A DNA stretch of 64,000 nucleotides, taken from NCBI RefSeq assembly GCF_964204645.1, contig NC_134025.1, positions 14,942,001-15,006,000 of the forward strand, read 5' to 3'. The notes beneath the pieces are model-generated. The model was not told where the DNA came from and searched no databases. It saw nothing but the letters and a program-made list of their open reading frames with translations. Source of the DNA: Tubulanus polymorphus (Eukaryota; Animalia; Nemertea). The stretch's first letter is position 1. Each line of letters begins with the position of its first letter. Shown here one piece after another: positions 1-12,228 of this stretch. Made by a program: the position numbers and the translations under genes.

Positions 1-38
1 AAGATCATACACCAGAATATAAGCAATGGCTTGAAAAA

Positions 39-491
39 ATGAAAATGATAGAAAACAAAAATGGTGAAATAACTAAAAAAGATATAATAAAAACAATTAT
101 TCCGTCAACATTTAACACACAAGAAAAGAAAATGTATTTATATCTATTATTTAACGATTATTATAAAAAACCTAAATTAACAGAAGAAGATACGGAATAT
201 ATAAAAGAAACATTCAAAAAAATATTAAGATATTATGTGGATAATAGAATAACTGATTCAATTAATTATGAATTCTTTTTAAATAAGATTGTAAATTTTT
301 TAGACATCGATATTATAATTCCATTTGATGAATTAACAAACAAAAAGAAACAAAGAGAGCGAGATGAAATGTGGTACAATATAGAACTTTATTTAAATGA
401 GAAAAATGAAATGGAAGAACGTAAACAATTAAATGAAAATGAAGAAACCAGTAGTGATTTCCAGTATGATGATCTTGATTTTATGTTTTAA
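39..491 (+). CDS. Hypothetical protein of element A with acidic C-terminus
   Basis: 150-aa ORF with the same AT-rich composition as the viral genes; its stop directly abuts the pPolB-A stop (convergent, no spacer). Confidence 0.55.
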   Translation: MKMIENKNGEITKKDIIKTIIPSTFNTQEKKMYLYLLFNDYYKKPKLTEEDTEYIKETFKKILRYYVDNRITDSINYEFFLNKIVNFLDIDIIIPFDELTNKKKQRERDEMWYNIELYLNEKNEMEERKQLNENEETSSDFQYDDLDFMF

Positions 492-3400
492 TTAACCATA
501 AGGTAATGTTTTTATTCCATCACCCAAAATATATCTTATATCATCGAAATGATTTAAACTAGTTTTTTCAACTTCATTAATGTACATTTCGTGATCTTCT
601 GATCTTAAACAATTCATTTAATGTTTCATTACAATTGAGATATATAAACACTTTATATAATCTTGAAATTCTATATGTTTATCAACCACATGTTTTGTTA
701 TTCCTTTTAACTTTTTAGCTGCATGATCTTTTGTTCTATAACTATACGTTTTACTTCTTATCCCAACAAATTCAATCATTTCATCAATTCATCTTTAAAC
801 TTACCAGGAATCTTTTTATTATCATTGCTAAATAGTTCATGATCTTTGGGATAATTGCTAAAATCAAAATGATGTTTTAATGTTTTTAAGTCTTTTGTTA
901 TGTCATTTGTCTTGATTTTTAGTATGTACGCGTCAGTATTTTTTTGGATTAATGGGAACCCAGAATTGAATGTTCCATCATCTGTTGATAAATCATAAAC
1001 ATAGTCAGTTGGGTTATATATTTCAAATAAATCTCTGACATCTTCTGTTAATTCTTTTTCTACATGCCTTAAGTTAAAACAATTTGGTTTAGATTTAATT
1101 AATTCTATATTCATATTAAATCCTAATGAATTACATAATATATACAATCCTGATATAGCAACATTTCCTTTTTGCGCAAATGTTATTACTCGAGATCTCG
1201 TATATTTTTTCTGTCCATCTGCTGCGTAGAATCCAATGAAGAACCATTTGCTAAAATTATATTTGGCATTTAATACATAATCTGGCACTATCTTTTCTTT
1301 TGTTGAAGTATTACTTTTCACTATTGCATGAATATAGAATTCGTCATTATATTTTATAGCAAAATCTTTAGGATTATTCACAAGTATTCTATAAACGGCT
1401 GATGATTTCATAACATCCATGATTCTAAATGTTTTATTTGAATTAACTTCTTCACAGTATTTCTTTATTCTTTTTAATAATTTCAAATCTTGATTGCATA
1501 AATACCAACAATATTTATTACCCCAAACATAATTATACACACCTGCTGAACCATCGCCCATGAAAAATCCTTTGATAAAATATTCTTTTTCTTCTAATGT
1601 TTCAGGTTCTATATTATAAATATTATCAATTATTTCATCAAATGACATATGATTCATTCTTTGGAAAAATCGTTTATGTAATAATTCATCCCCAATTTTC
1701 AGTTGGTTTTATTTCATCGCCATTTCGTTTAATTAAACTATGATCTTCTGTAACATCAACAAATCCTAATTTAGTTCTAACTCTATAAATCTTTTTATTT
1801 GTTTTATGCCTAATAATATTCTTTCCATCCATTTCTTGTCCAAACATCCATTAATCCATTTATTTGTATTAATTCTTTTTCAACATATGAAATATAACGT
1901 TCATTTTGTTTTGGAATTATTTCTGAAATTCTTCTTATCAATATTTTATCATTACATTTTAATAATATTGGGGTGTCAGCTGTTACAGAATCAAAATATA
2001 ATATTTCAATATGATTTTCCCCAAAAAGTGGTTGTAAAACATTGTATTAAAAATCATACATTAATAACTTTGATACTTCTAAAACAGTTGAACCAATGAA
2101 TATAGGTTTATTAAATTTCATTGACGTTCTTTTTAATTTTACCGCGGTTAAATAATCTTCAAATCTTTTATTTCCTAAATGTCTAGGACTTGATTGTAAA
2201 TGTCTTAATCTTTCGGAATTATTTACTAATTCAATATCATTTCTATTTCTAATATTTTCACATGTTTTACCATAAAAACTATTATTCATTAATTTGAAGA
2301 AATCTTTTTCAAAATCTGTTTTTGATATGGTTATCTGTTGTGTATCAAAATCTATATATTTTTCTAACCACTTCGATTGATTAAATTCAATATATCTATG
2401 TACTTTCTTTAATTTCATTCCTTGTTTTAGATACAATTTTAACATTCTATAATGACCAATATAATTGTATTTATTATTTTGAGTTAGTATTAATTTTTCT
2501 GTAAAAACATGATCTTTCGGTTTTATTTTCTTCTGGTATTCACTTAGATAACTATCATCTACAGCTAAATGTTAAGGGCAATAAGGTAAATTTCTTGTTT
2601 TAAACTTTATGTTATCAGGATATTCCAAATCAACTACAAAGAAATAACCAATTGGTACTTCATCTTTTAAACTCGTAATTGCGCTTTCCCAATCAGTTTT
2701 ATCATCTTTTTCAACTTCAGTTAATATAAAATTTTTGTATGGTTGAGGTTGCATCATTGCCCAACCATATAAATTATTGGCGTCAATATATAATAATTTA
2801 TATTCATCATTTGCTTTAAAATGTCTATCTCCCATAACACCACTAATTCCACCTCTAATTGATTTTTCAAATAATAAAACCATGTCTGGTTCTTTTAATA
2901 AATCTAACTCTACGTTAGTATATTTCAAACCACATTGTCAGGTTAAACCAGGACTAGAGTAGCAATAACAAGGATCAACATTAAAATGATTCAAATTAAC
3001 TTCTCCAAATTTTTCAAATATGTCAGCCAATATCATAACATCTGATTTCAAGTAAAGATCAACTAATTCACCATGATTTTCTACCTTAAAATGATTCCAA
3101 AAATGTAATGTTCTATTAAAAACTTCATCTTTCACATACTCCTCTTTTAATTGATCATAAAATTGTTCTTTTAATAATTCTGTTACATTAAAATCATCAT
3201 GTGTTTTATAAAATGAATCAGGAATTGCGCCTTTAAATCTCAATAATTTAAAATCTTGTTCATTTTGGTAATAATGTCGAGTTATTATAAAATCATTATC
3301 AACTAAACTTTTTGCTAAATTATCTAATGAACTTGCTAGAAATCTATAAGAATCTAAAAATCTAATGCAACCAAATTGAAATGAAATATAATTTTCAGAT

Positions 3401-5536
3401 GTTTTAGCTAATAGTTTAAAATCATATTTTCTTACATTTGCTTCATTCATAGCATTATATTCTTCTATTTCTTGATTAATTGCGCCCAATTTTCCTGATG
3501 ATTGTTTTATAAATAGATGGGCATCGTAGCCCGATAAATTATGAAATAATATTGGCACGAAATTAACTTTCTTAGCTTGTAAATTACATTCTTCATGAGC
3601 AGCTCCACGATATTTTGAATTTAAATGATCATGATCTCTAACTTTTTTATCAAATGAATAAAAACGTTTTTCACAATAACAACAATGAATTGCATAATTA
3701 AAATCAATTTCATCTTCTTTTGTCATAACCATTCTTTTATTTTTGTTTAATAATTTTGCAAAATCACTTTCTATTTCAATTATTTTGTTACAAAAATCAT
3801 TAACTACATCTTCACCTCTAAGAGAAATATATTGACTTTCATATAATTCAGGATAATTTGATTTTATGTAAATTCCATAAGCAGCAGCTCTTTGATGATT
3901 TTTTTTAATTGTGTTTATAATTGGTGGATCTTGAATTATGTCTTCATTTAATTCATTTCCTTTATCCATTGATTTCAAAAATTGCTTTTTATTGTATATT
4001 TCTTTTCTATCTTGATCAGTTAATTCTTTATTCAACGATTCAAAATCCCCATAAATTACAAATGGAACAATATTTTTAAATTTATGATTAGTAATTTTCA
4101 ACTTACAATCTTTTTTTGTTGGTATTATTAATTTACAAAAATCTTTATTATCACATAATTCTTTATGTTTTAATAATGTATTCTCAGTCATAAATTTAGA
4201 TAAACATTTTCTACATAGATAAATTTTATGATGATGATCACTTTCTGTTCTAAAGAATAAATCAATTTGTTTTAACCACATATAATGTTCATTATCATCT
4301 TTTTTGTAATATAACAAATCTATAGCATTTTCATCATCATAATATTCTGTTAAATATAAAGCTTCTAATGTATAATCTTTAATATTTTCACCTTTTGTCT
4401 TTGATAATTGCATTAATTCAAATACATTTATTTTTAAATTATTAACTTGTTCTATTTTAGGAATCATCTTTATAGTTACTGGATATTGATCAATTTTATA
4501 TAATGTTTCATATCTCCGTATTTTGTTATTCTAAATCTATGCGTAATATCTTCTGTTGGGTGTAAGCAACTAATAATTGACCATAGAAAACATTTATTAT
4601 CTTCATTTTGAACATTTATTACTGCTTTTGTTGTAAATGGTAATTTGATATAACTTGATGCTTTAATATCCTTTTCTGTTGTAAAGTTTGAATCATTTTT
4701 AAACATTGTTTTACTTTTTGATGTTTTATTCATTTTTGTATTATAAACATTTAAATCTAAAAATATAATTTCATTCAATGTTAAACCAGAACCCTCAAAA
4801 TATCTTTCTTCAATATGACGTTTAAATTCATTAAATATTTTTTCTAACTTCTCTTTTATTTGTGTTTTTGAAATTATTTCTTCAGAGAGTGTTTGAATAT
4901 TATAATCAATTTTCTCTTCTGACTTCATAAAACTTACTTTCCCAGAGATACTAATTTTTGGATATTCAACATCTGTTATCAAATCTAGTATTTTTCCCAT
5001 TATTTCATTAAATTTACTATAATCTTCTATTGTTGTACCTTTAAAAAATCTAAATATAATGGTTTCAGGACCAATTTTACAATGTAATGTTTCTAAAATT
5101 TCAATTGTATCTTTTATTTCTAGTGAATCGATATAATTTCTAACATTTTCCATGTAAGGTTTATTTGAAATGGATTTAGTTTTTGAAGTTGGTTTTTTAC
5201 TTTTTGAGGTTTATCATTGAAATAATCTATTCCTAAAACATTATTACTCAAATTTTGATGGTGTTTTTGTGATTTGGTATGTCTTTCATAATTCCTTTTT
5301 ACTATAAATTCATTACAAACTTCACATTTTATTTCATCAACATTCATATTTTCTAATTGTTCCTTTCTTTCATTGGAATTTTCTGGTGTTTCAAAATCTA
5401 TAACATTTTTTATATGATTTGCAGTTTTTTCATGTCGTGTTTTATTAGATTTATCGACGTATTTTTTACAATATGTGCAATATTATTGATTTTCATTAAC
5501 ATAAATTTGTTTTGTGTGTTGTTCACTCTCTCCCAT
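492..5536 (-). pseudogene. polB: Protein-primed family B DNA polymerase (pPolB-A), intein-containing, with frameshifts and stops
   Basis: Start MGESEQ at 5536; two C2H2 fingers; INVQNEDNKCFLW; ExoI YGDFES; FHNLSGYDAHL; RFLDSYRFL; motif A YIDANNLYGWAM; motif B KLMNNSFYGKT; motif C YFD|TD split by an intein; C-terminus ...KTLPYG* at 492. Confidence 0.93.
938..1989 (-). mobile_element. Intein with LAGLIDADG homing endonuclease inserted in pPolB motif C (YFD|TD)
   Basis: Block A SVTADTPILLK directly after YFD; block B GFVDVTEDHSL; LAGLIDADG motifs FIKGFFMGDGS and FFIGFYAADGQ; block F YVYDLSTDDGTF; C-terminal IQKN followed by +1 Thr (TDAY). Absent from the paralogous pPolB-B. The N-terminal part has about 4 frameshifts. 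Confidence 0.93.
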
Positions 5537-5698
5537 TTATAAGAAAAAAAATTACTTGATGATGGTGATGAGAGGTGTCTCCTCCTCTCGTCCTCTGGTC
5601 TGAAAGCCCACTTTTCCAATTACTTGTCATAAAATAGAAGAAATCAATAATGAAATAGAAAGATTAAATTCAAATAGATCAAAAGATAAAATACCAAA

Positions 5699-5824
5699 AT
5701 AGAAAAAGTATTGAAAACAAAAACTCTTAAAGGAAAAAAGTATTCTTTCGTGAAATATAAAGGATACGATGATAAATTTAATGAATGGATTTTATCTAGT
5801 AAAATTAAAAGAATAAATGAATAA
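5699..5824 (+). pseudogene. C-terminal chromodomain remnant of a Polinton retroviral-like integrase
   Basis: Translates IEKVLKTKTLKGKKYSFVKYKGYDDKFNEWILSSKIKRINE*, a chromodomain pattern (VKxKGY...xW), directly upstream of the ATPase. No DDE core is present. Confidence 0.75.
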
Positions 5825-6427
5825 AGATTTATTTATATTTGAACCGCATAATATGTTAGTTACTGGAGTAACAAACTGTGGTAAAACACATTTCATATTA
5901 AACTTGTTAGAAACTATTTATAAGAATCATTTTGATAATATAATATTATTCTGTCCTACTTATGAAATGAATAAAACATATAATAGAGATATAGTTGAGA
6001 TAAAAAAGTTTATTATATTAGATCCTAAACAGTAAAAGAAAATTTAGATAATTGTATAAAAATAGCATAAGATATTTATAAAAGTTCAAATACATTATTC
6101 ATTATAGATAATTGCGCTAATTTACATGATTCTAAAGTTAGAGAAAGTGAGTTATGTTATCTAGCTTTCTCTGGGAGACATTTCGGGATAACAACATGGG
6201 TTTTAAATCAAAAATATAATTCAATTGTTAAAGATTTTAGGGAGAATATAAGATTTCTAGTTTTATTCTACAATAAAGATAGAAAATCTATGCAACAATC
6301 ATTGGAAGAAAATCAAATTATACCTACCGAGTTACATGATGAATATATGAATAAATTAAAGAATAATAAAGGTTCAAAATTATTACTGAGGCTTCAATTT
6401 CCATATGAATATAAGTTTATAAAATAA
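5817..6427 (+). pseudogene. A32/FtsK-like DNA packaging ATPase (frameshift near 6030 and an internal stop)
   Basis: Walker A GVTNCGKT; continues in another frame with Walker B TLFIIDNC, SGRHFGI, LNQKY and FRENI to a stop at 6427. Confidence 0.88.
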
Positions 6428-6775
6428 CTATTTATATACCTATGTATTAGATACCCTATTAGATACCCTATTAGATACCCTAATACCTACCTATGTATTA
6501 GATACCCTATTAGATACCCTAATACCTAAAACCCTTTTTTATTAACTATTATTATATACAATTTTCAACCAATTTATTTTTATTTTTTCAACTAATATAT
6601 GAATAAATTAAAGAATAATAAAGGTTCAAAATTATTACTTAGGCTTCGATTTCCCTATGAATATAAATTTATAAAATAACTATTTATATACCTATGTATT
6701 AGATACCCTATTAGATACCCTAATACCTAAAACCCTTTTTTTATTAACTTTTATTTTATACAATTTTCAACCAAT
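6342..6775 (+). repeat. Local tandem duplication of the ATPase 3' end plus downstream region, with internal 12-bp TATTAGATACCC repeats
   Basis: AATATATGAATAAATTAAAGAATAATAAAGGTTC occurs at ~6342 and ~6594; the two copies differ in number of TATTAGATACCC units. Confidence 0.85.
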
Positions 6776-6779
6776 ATTA

Positions 6780-7605
6780 TTATTTGAGATAAAAATCACT
6801 ATCTGAATCACTTTCATCCCTAGGCCTTAACAATCTATTCAATTTCTCTACCGTATCTTCTTCAAATGCTTCATTGTAATCCTTTTTCATCCTATTTACC
6901 GAATCTTTATCAATAGTTTTTTTATTTTTATACTTATTCTTCCTCCTTTCTAGCATATCATCAATAGTTTCTACTTTATCTTTCGTCAAAAGTGTGTCCA
7001 CATAATCTTTATTATCAATATGCTTATCTGTAACTATATTTTCATTATCATCTTTCTTAGTGTTTGCTCCAAATATTTCATTTACAATGTTTGATCCTAA
7101 TATTTTATTAGCATCGGTTAAATCTAATTCATCTTTATTAGGTGTTGCTAATAATAAATCTTCATATAATTCTTTACCATTTACTTTTTTATTTGAAACA
7201 AACTTTGTAACATATCTAAATGGGTGTTCTATAAATTCTCTTATACCAACACGTTCTATAACATTAGTAATATGTACCTTTGTATTCATATGTTTATTCC
7301 AATTTGATGGAGCGTTTGAAAATTCACCTTTACAATAATCACAATAATTTCTATTTTCACTAATATTTAATATTAATTCATTATTAGATGTAGAAGGTAT
7401 TACATTATTAGATGTAGAAGGTATTACATTATTAGATGTAGAAGGTATTACATTATTAGATGTAGAAGGTATTACATTATTATCAATTACATTACATAGG
7501 ATAAAATATCAAAGCTATATTACAAGGTATTACATAATATAAGCCATCATTATTTTCATGTGTATCGATGTATGGAATATGTTTATATACTTTACCTCCT
7601 TCCAT
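6780..7605 (-). pseudogene. C2H2 zinc-finger protein with NNVIPSTS repeats (disrupted near 7490)
   Basis: ATAAATG start at 7605; the frame upstream of ORF 6780-7289 is open and reads (NNVIPSTS)x4...YCDYCKGEFSNAPSNWNKHMNTKVH. Confidence 0.6.
7381..7476. repeat. 24-bp perfect tandem repeat x4 (in-frame coding repeat)
   Basis: TTATTAGATGTAGAAGGTATTACA repeated four times. Confidence 0.95.
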
Positions 7606-7654
7606 TTATTATATAAATTTTTATTAAAGTTAGAATTTTAATATTTCATAACAC

Positions 7655-8892
7655 TTAAAACATAATACTCTCTAATTGTGAATTTACAATATTTAATTGC
7701 GCGTCAGATATAATATAAACGCGCATTTTGAAATTTAAACTTCCTTTTTTCTTTTTCATGAATAATTGTATTCCATCTTTAGTATTTTGTAGTTTTTTTC
7801 CAGAACCATGTAATGAATTATCCTCTGTTGTTCTAAAATCTAACCATAATGCATATTTATTACCGGTATAATAATCAATTTGATTAATATTAAAATTTTC
7901 AAATGATTTTACTTTTTCATTCATAAAATGTTTTCTAATTTCTGGCCATTGATCTATCATTCTCATTCCTTGACGACATATTTTATTTGCTATTCCTTCG
8001 ATAGTTATTTCTACTTTTGATATTTCAGGATTATAATAATTATCAACTTTTATTGCACCATTAGAATATGTTGGTAAAAAATATTAATATACCTTTAATA
8101 GATCTTCTTTGGTAGTTAATATTCTCATTAATTATTTCATCATTTGCATTAATAGTTACAGTTTTAAATTTTTCAATATAATCATATAATAATGAAAATC
8201 CTTGGTTGTATTGAGTTTGAATTATGCTAGCAATATTTTCATCAGTTACTGTATCATATTCCAAACATATATTCGATAATTCATAACCCATATCTTTATT
8301 AACGCTAGATAATACAATTTCATTAACAGGAGCAAATGTTATTTCGAATATAACATCTTCTTGAATTGCGTATATATATAAAATTATTATTTATCAATTC
8401 AAAATCTAATGGAATTTTATATTTGCTTCCATAAATCTTTTTTATCAAATTATCTACAGCATTAGTTACTACTGCGTTATTGGCTTCAGATCTTAATTTA
8501 TTTTGGTTTTCTGATTGGATGCCTTGAAATATCATATTATTTCTATTTTCTTTTGTTAACCATAAATCTTTATAATGCATAAATAAATTATAATTATCTA
8601 ATGAGAAAACTGTTTCTGGCCCAATCTTTACAGCTAATTTTTTAATCAAATATCTCCCAACATTATCAACAACATAATTATTATCATGACCAGTTACTTT
8701 CATATCAGCTGATAAATAGATACTATTTGGAACATAAAAAGTATTTTGTGTTAATCGAGGGATTCTAACATATAAAGTTTCATCGGGATTAATATTAGAA
8801 GGATTATGAGTAATTATATGATGTGATCTTTCTGCTTTAATAGCATTAGATATTCTAGAATTCTTAGAAGGACTTATGTAACTTCCGCTCAT
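7655..8892 (-). pseudogene. Double jelly-roll major capsid protein, split into three ORFs
   Basis: About 410 codons; HNPSNINPDETLYVRIP, NVGRYLIKK, YKDLWL, YELSNICLEYDTV and KYALWLDFRTTEDNSLHGSG resemble invertebrate Polinton/adintovirus MCPs (recognised from memory); position in the element fits. Confidence 0.72.
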
Positions 8893-10426
8893 TTATTTAA
8901 CAAAAAAATTATTTTTTTTTCTATCATATTCACTAACCCAAAAATAATTGCACTTACAACTGTAATTACAAATAAAATAATATGTTCAGCAGCAAAGTTA
9001 AGAATATTCCCAGCAGCGTTCAATATAAAACCAACAATTGATGCAATAACTCCAGGTAAAGCTGCGGCAGATTTTTTAGATAGTTCCCATAAATATTTTG
9101 CTAATTTTTTTAAACCATCCTTAACTTTTTCTTGTATAGAATTATTATCATTCGGGGGTTTATCTGGTTTATTTGGAGTAGGAGTAGATTTCAATGAATT
9201 TGATATAGCTAAACCTATTGTTGTGAATACCATAGTTACAGCTGTTAGAATTGAAAGAATTGTTATACCTTCTAACTTAAATAATAATTTTATTCTATCT
9301 TTCAATGATATTTTAGAATCTGGTTTTATTATTAAATCTTTAAAAATAACTTTTAATTTTTTAATATGATTAAGATCATATGATTTTAATAATATATCTC
9401 TTTCTTTTTCCTGAAATTCTTTGTTATATTTTAAATCATCAATTTCTTTTTCTAAAGATGACTTTCTGCTTTCATAATCAGCTTCCTCTATTACTTGAAG
9501 ATCTCTATTTAATTCTAATTGTTTTAATTCTTCATTTGCATTAGTTAATTCTTTTTCTAACATGGTTATTTTAGAAAATCTCATCTTAATATTAGCAATT
9601 TCACCAGCTGATTCTTGCATACCTTTAATTTCTCTACGTGCTTGTTCAGGAAATGCTTCTAATTCATCATCAGTTAAATCAAGTAATCCTTTTTCTAATA
9701 GATGTTGTATTTGATTTGTTCCAGTACGAGATGTATCTAAAGTACTATTCATCTCTTCTTCTGAATCTCTTAATCTATCAATTTGTTTTTCTAATACTAA
9801 TTGTAATTGACTTGAATCATTATCAATTTGTTGAATATCTCTTCTCGTTGTTTCTGGTGTTGAAGTTCTTAATTTATCTAATCGATCTCCATACTCTTCC
9901 AAATTCTTTCATATTATCATTTCTTTCTTCTTGTGTAACATCAGTTATTTCATTACTATTACTTACTATTTTAATTCTATCTGGTTCTAATTTTTCCAAA
10001 GTTGATTCTGCTAATATTTTGTTTAGTCTTGTCCTTTGATTAGTGATATCAATATAATAATCACCATCAAAATGATAATAATATTTACCTTTTAAAAGTT
10101 TTAAATCTCCTACTAAACATTCGGCATCTCTATAATTTATATTATACCCAGATCTTTCAAATACAGGTTTGAATTTATAAATATCTTCATTATAATCTAA
10201 TCTCTTTTTTTACTAAATGTGGATTTACATTTTCGGGATTTATTCTCTGTTCATCATTTCTATCAAATTCATCTGTTGATGGGGCTTTAGAACCACTATC
10301 TGCTGGATTAGAATTATACGCTGATTCGTCATCATTATCAATATTAGTTTCATTAAAATCAGGTTGTGGTTCATCACTTATACCGGGGGTGTCACCAAAA
10401 GTATCCATTGGAATATCTTCTTCCAT
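8889..10426 (-). pseudogene. Acidic/coiled-coil protein with C-terminal hydrophobic helices
   Basis: ORFs 10190-10426 and 8889-9902 join by collinearity with the paralog 22643-23920; hydrophobic segments ITILSILTAVTMVFTTIGLAI and AAALPGVIASIVGFIL...IILFVITVVSAIIFGL. Confidence 0.7.
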
Positions 10427-10447
10427 TTATATAATAAAAAATTAAAA

Positions 10448-11759
10448 TTAAAAATATAATATTCCTCCTATAACAATTCCTATACAAGTTAAAGCTAATT
10501 TAGCATTTTCATGGGATTTATTATCATCATTTAGTTTAATTATTTCATGTTGAATATTATCAGTTTTAATATTTTCTGATGTATTGTAATCTTTTATTTT
10601 AGAATCATTATTTAATTTAATATTATTAGTTTTAGTTTCTGTTGATTGAATATGTTTTTTATTTTTTTCACCTTCCATTAATTTTGGAGCAGTAATTATC
10701 TTTTTATATATATCATTTAATCCAAATGAATTATTTATTGTTGCAGTTTTAATTAGATTATTATAACCAATTATATTTCCCATCTTTAATACTAAATCAT
10801 TAGAAATAATTAATAGATTAGGACCTATACAATAATTTAATCTAATATGTGATTTATCTAAGTAATTTTGATATCTTACAATGTTTTCTGGAATCGATCT
10901 ATTTTTATCATTATGAATGGAATCTTCAAATAATACTTTGAATTGTTTCTGCGAATCAAATGAATGTATCATTTCCAACTATTGGTGATCTTGTTGAACT
11001 TGCGCACCTAAAATACATATCAAATAAGTTCTAATTGATTGATTTATTCTTTGTATGCCCGATTTTGTAAAACCTTCACTATTTTCTAAAATAAAATTAA
11101 TCCAACCATTATTATTATCAATTTTATAATTATGATAAGCTCCAATTCTATGCATATAATCAATTCTTTTTATTTCATACTGTTCACCAATACCTTGCAA
11201 TTTACCATGCGCTCTAAAATCGGAATTAATATTTAAAAATAATTAAATTCATAATAATTAAATTCATTACATATTTTATAAAACTTAGATAGATTAATAT
11301 TATTATCCAATTCTTTAAAATATTTAGATCCGGGTAAAGGACATTCTAATTCATTTAATATTATTCTGATTTGAAAATATGTGTGAAATCTAAATATTGT
11401 GTGAATTAATTTTAAATCAGAATATTTCAAATTTTTATCTAAGTTATTTAAATGATCATTCCAAATTATACCACAACCAGTTGTTGCACAATAAACAGCA
11501 AAATTTAATTGATTCTGCCAATATTTCATATTAGATTTTACTTTATATATATGATATTCATCTCGAGTAAAAGTAACTTCATATCTGCTAAATATATTTT
11601 CCATTTTAGAAATAAAAAACTGTGATTCAGTAACATAAATCTCTAAATAAGTTAATGAAATTAAACTGAATTTTTATATGTAATATTTTTAATCAAATCT
11701 ATTGCAGGAATATTATATTTAATTGATTTATTATATTGGAAAGCTTTTGGAAACCCCAT
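10448..11759 (-). pseudogene. Conserved Polinton protein (WQNQLNFAVYCATTGC motif) with C-terminal TM helix
   Basis: Three ORF pieces collinear with the paralog 21303-22626; ends LALTCIGIVIGGILYF. Confidence 0.7.
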
Positions 11760-11775
11760 TTATATAAGTAAAAAA

Positions 11776-12210
11776 TTAATAATTTATTAATTCTTTTAAT
11801 AATTTATCTTGTTCTTCAACTGTAATATTACCATTTAAACTCATTATATAATCTAGTGTATTCTTTAATTTATTAATTTCTTTTATATTAGTTTTAATTT
11901 TTTCTTTATTACTTTATATATTTAATTTTGAACTTATGCCGGTTAATACACTTGATTATAATCCGAACACACCAATTGATATAGCTAAAGGTGTTAATGG
12001 ACTGAATATTGCTAGAAATGTTATTACAGAACTAATTGTAACCGAACCACTGATAATAAGATAATATATAATTTTACTTTTTAAATATTTTTTCTTTTTT
12101 ATCTTTAAGTCACTTTCAAATTCTAATATTTGTTTTTCTAAATATATTTTTAATTTAGTTTTACTGATATCATGATGAATAATATTAACACCATCAACTT
12201 TATCATCCAT
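11776..12210 (-). pseudogene. Small two-TM protein
   Basis: Hydrophobic IIYYLIISGSVTISSVITFLAIFSPLTPLAISIGV; paralog at 20851-21286. Confidence 0.6.
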
Positions 12211-12228
12211 TTATTTAGCAAAAAATTA

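Larger units (their letters stand above)
1..5624. mobile_element. Polinton/Maverick-like endogenous virus, element A (one end only; continues beyond window start)
   Basis: Contains pPolB. Ends in ...TCTGGTCTGAAAGCCCACTTTTCCAATTACT (5624), matching the element-B end ...TTTGGTATGAAAGCCACATTCCCCTATTACT (18919). Both read 5'-AGTAAT on the minus strand, like Polinton AGT-type termini. Confidence 0.8.

Noticed and set aside
776-1657. ORF as a free-standing homing endonuclease gene or group I intron ORF
   Set aside because: It runs in frame through intein blocks F/G into pPolB (KN|TDAY), and blocks A/B lie upstream in shifted frames; it is part of a broken intein.
7381-7476. CRISPR-like array
   Set aside because: Contiguous 24-bp repeats with no spacers; an in-frame coding repeat.
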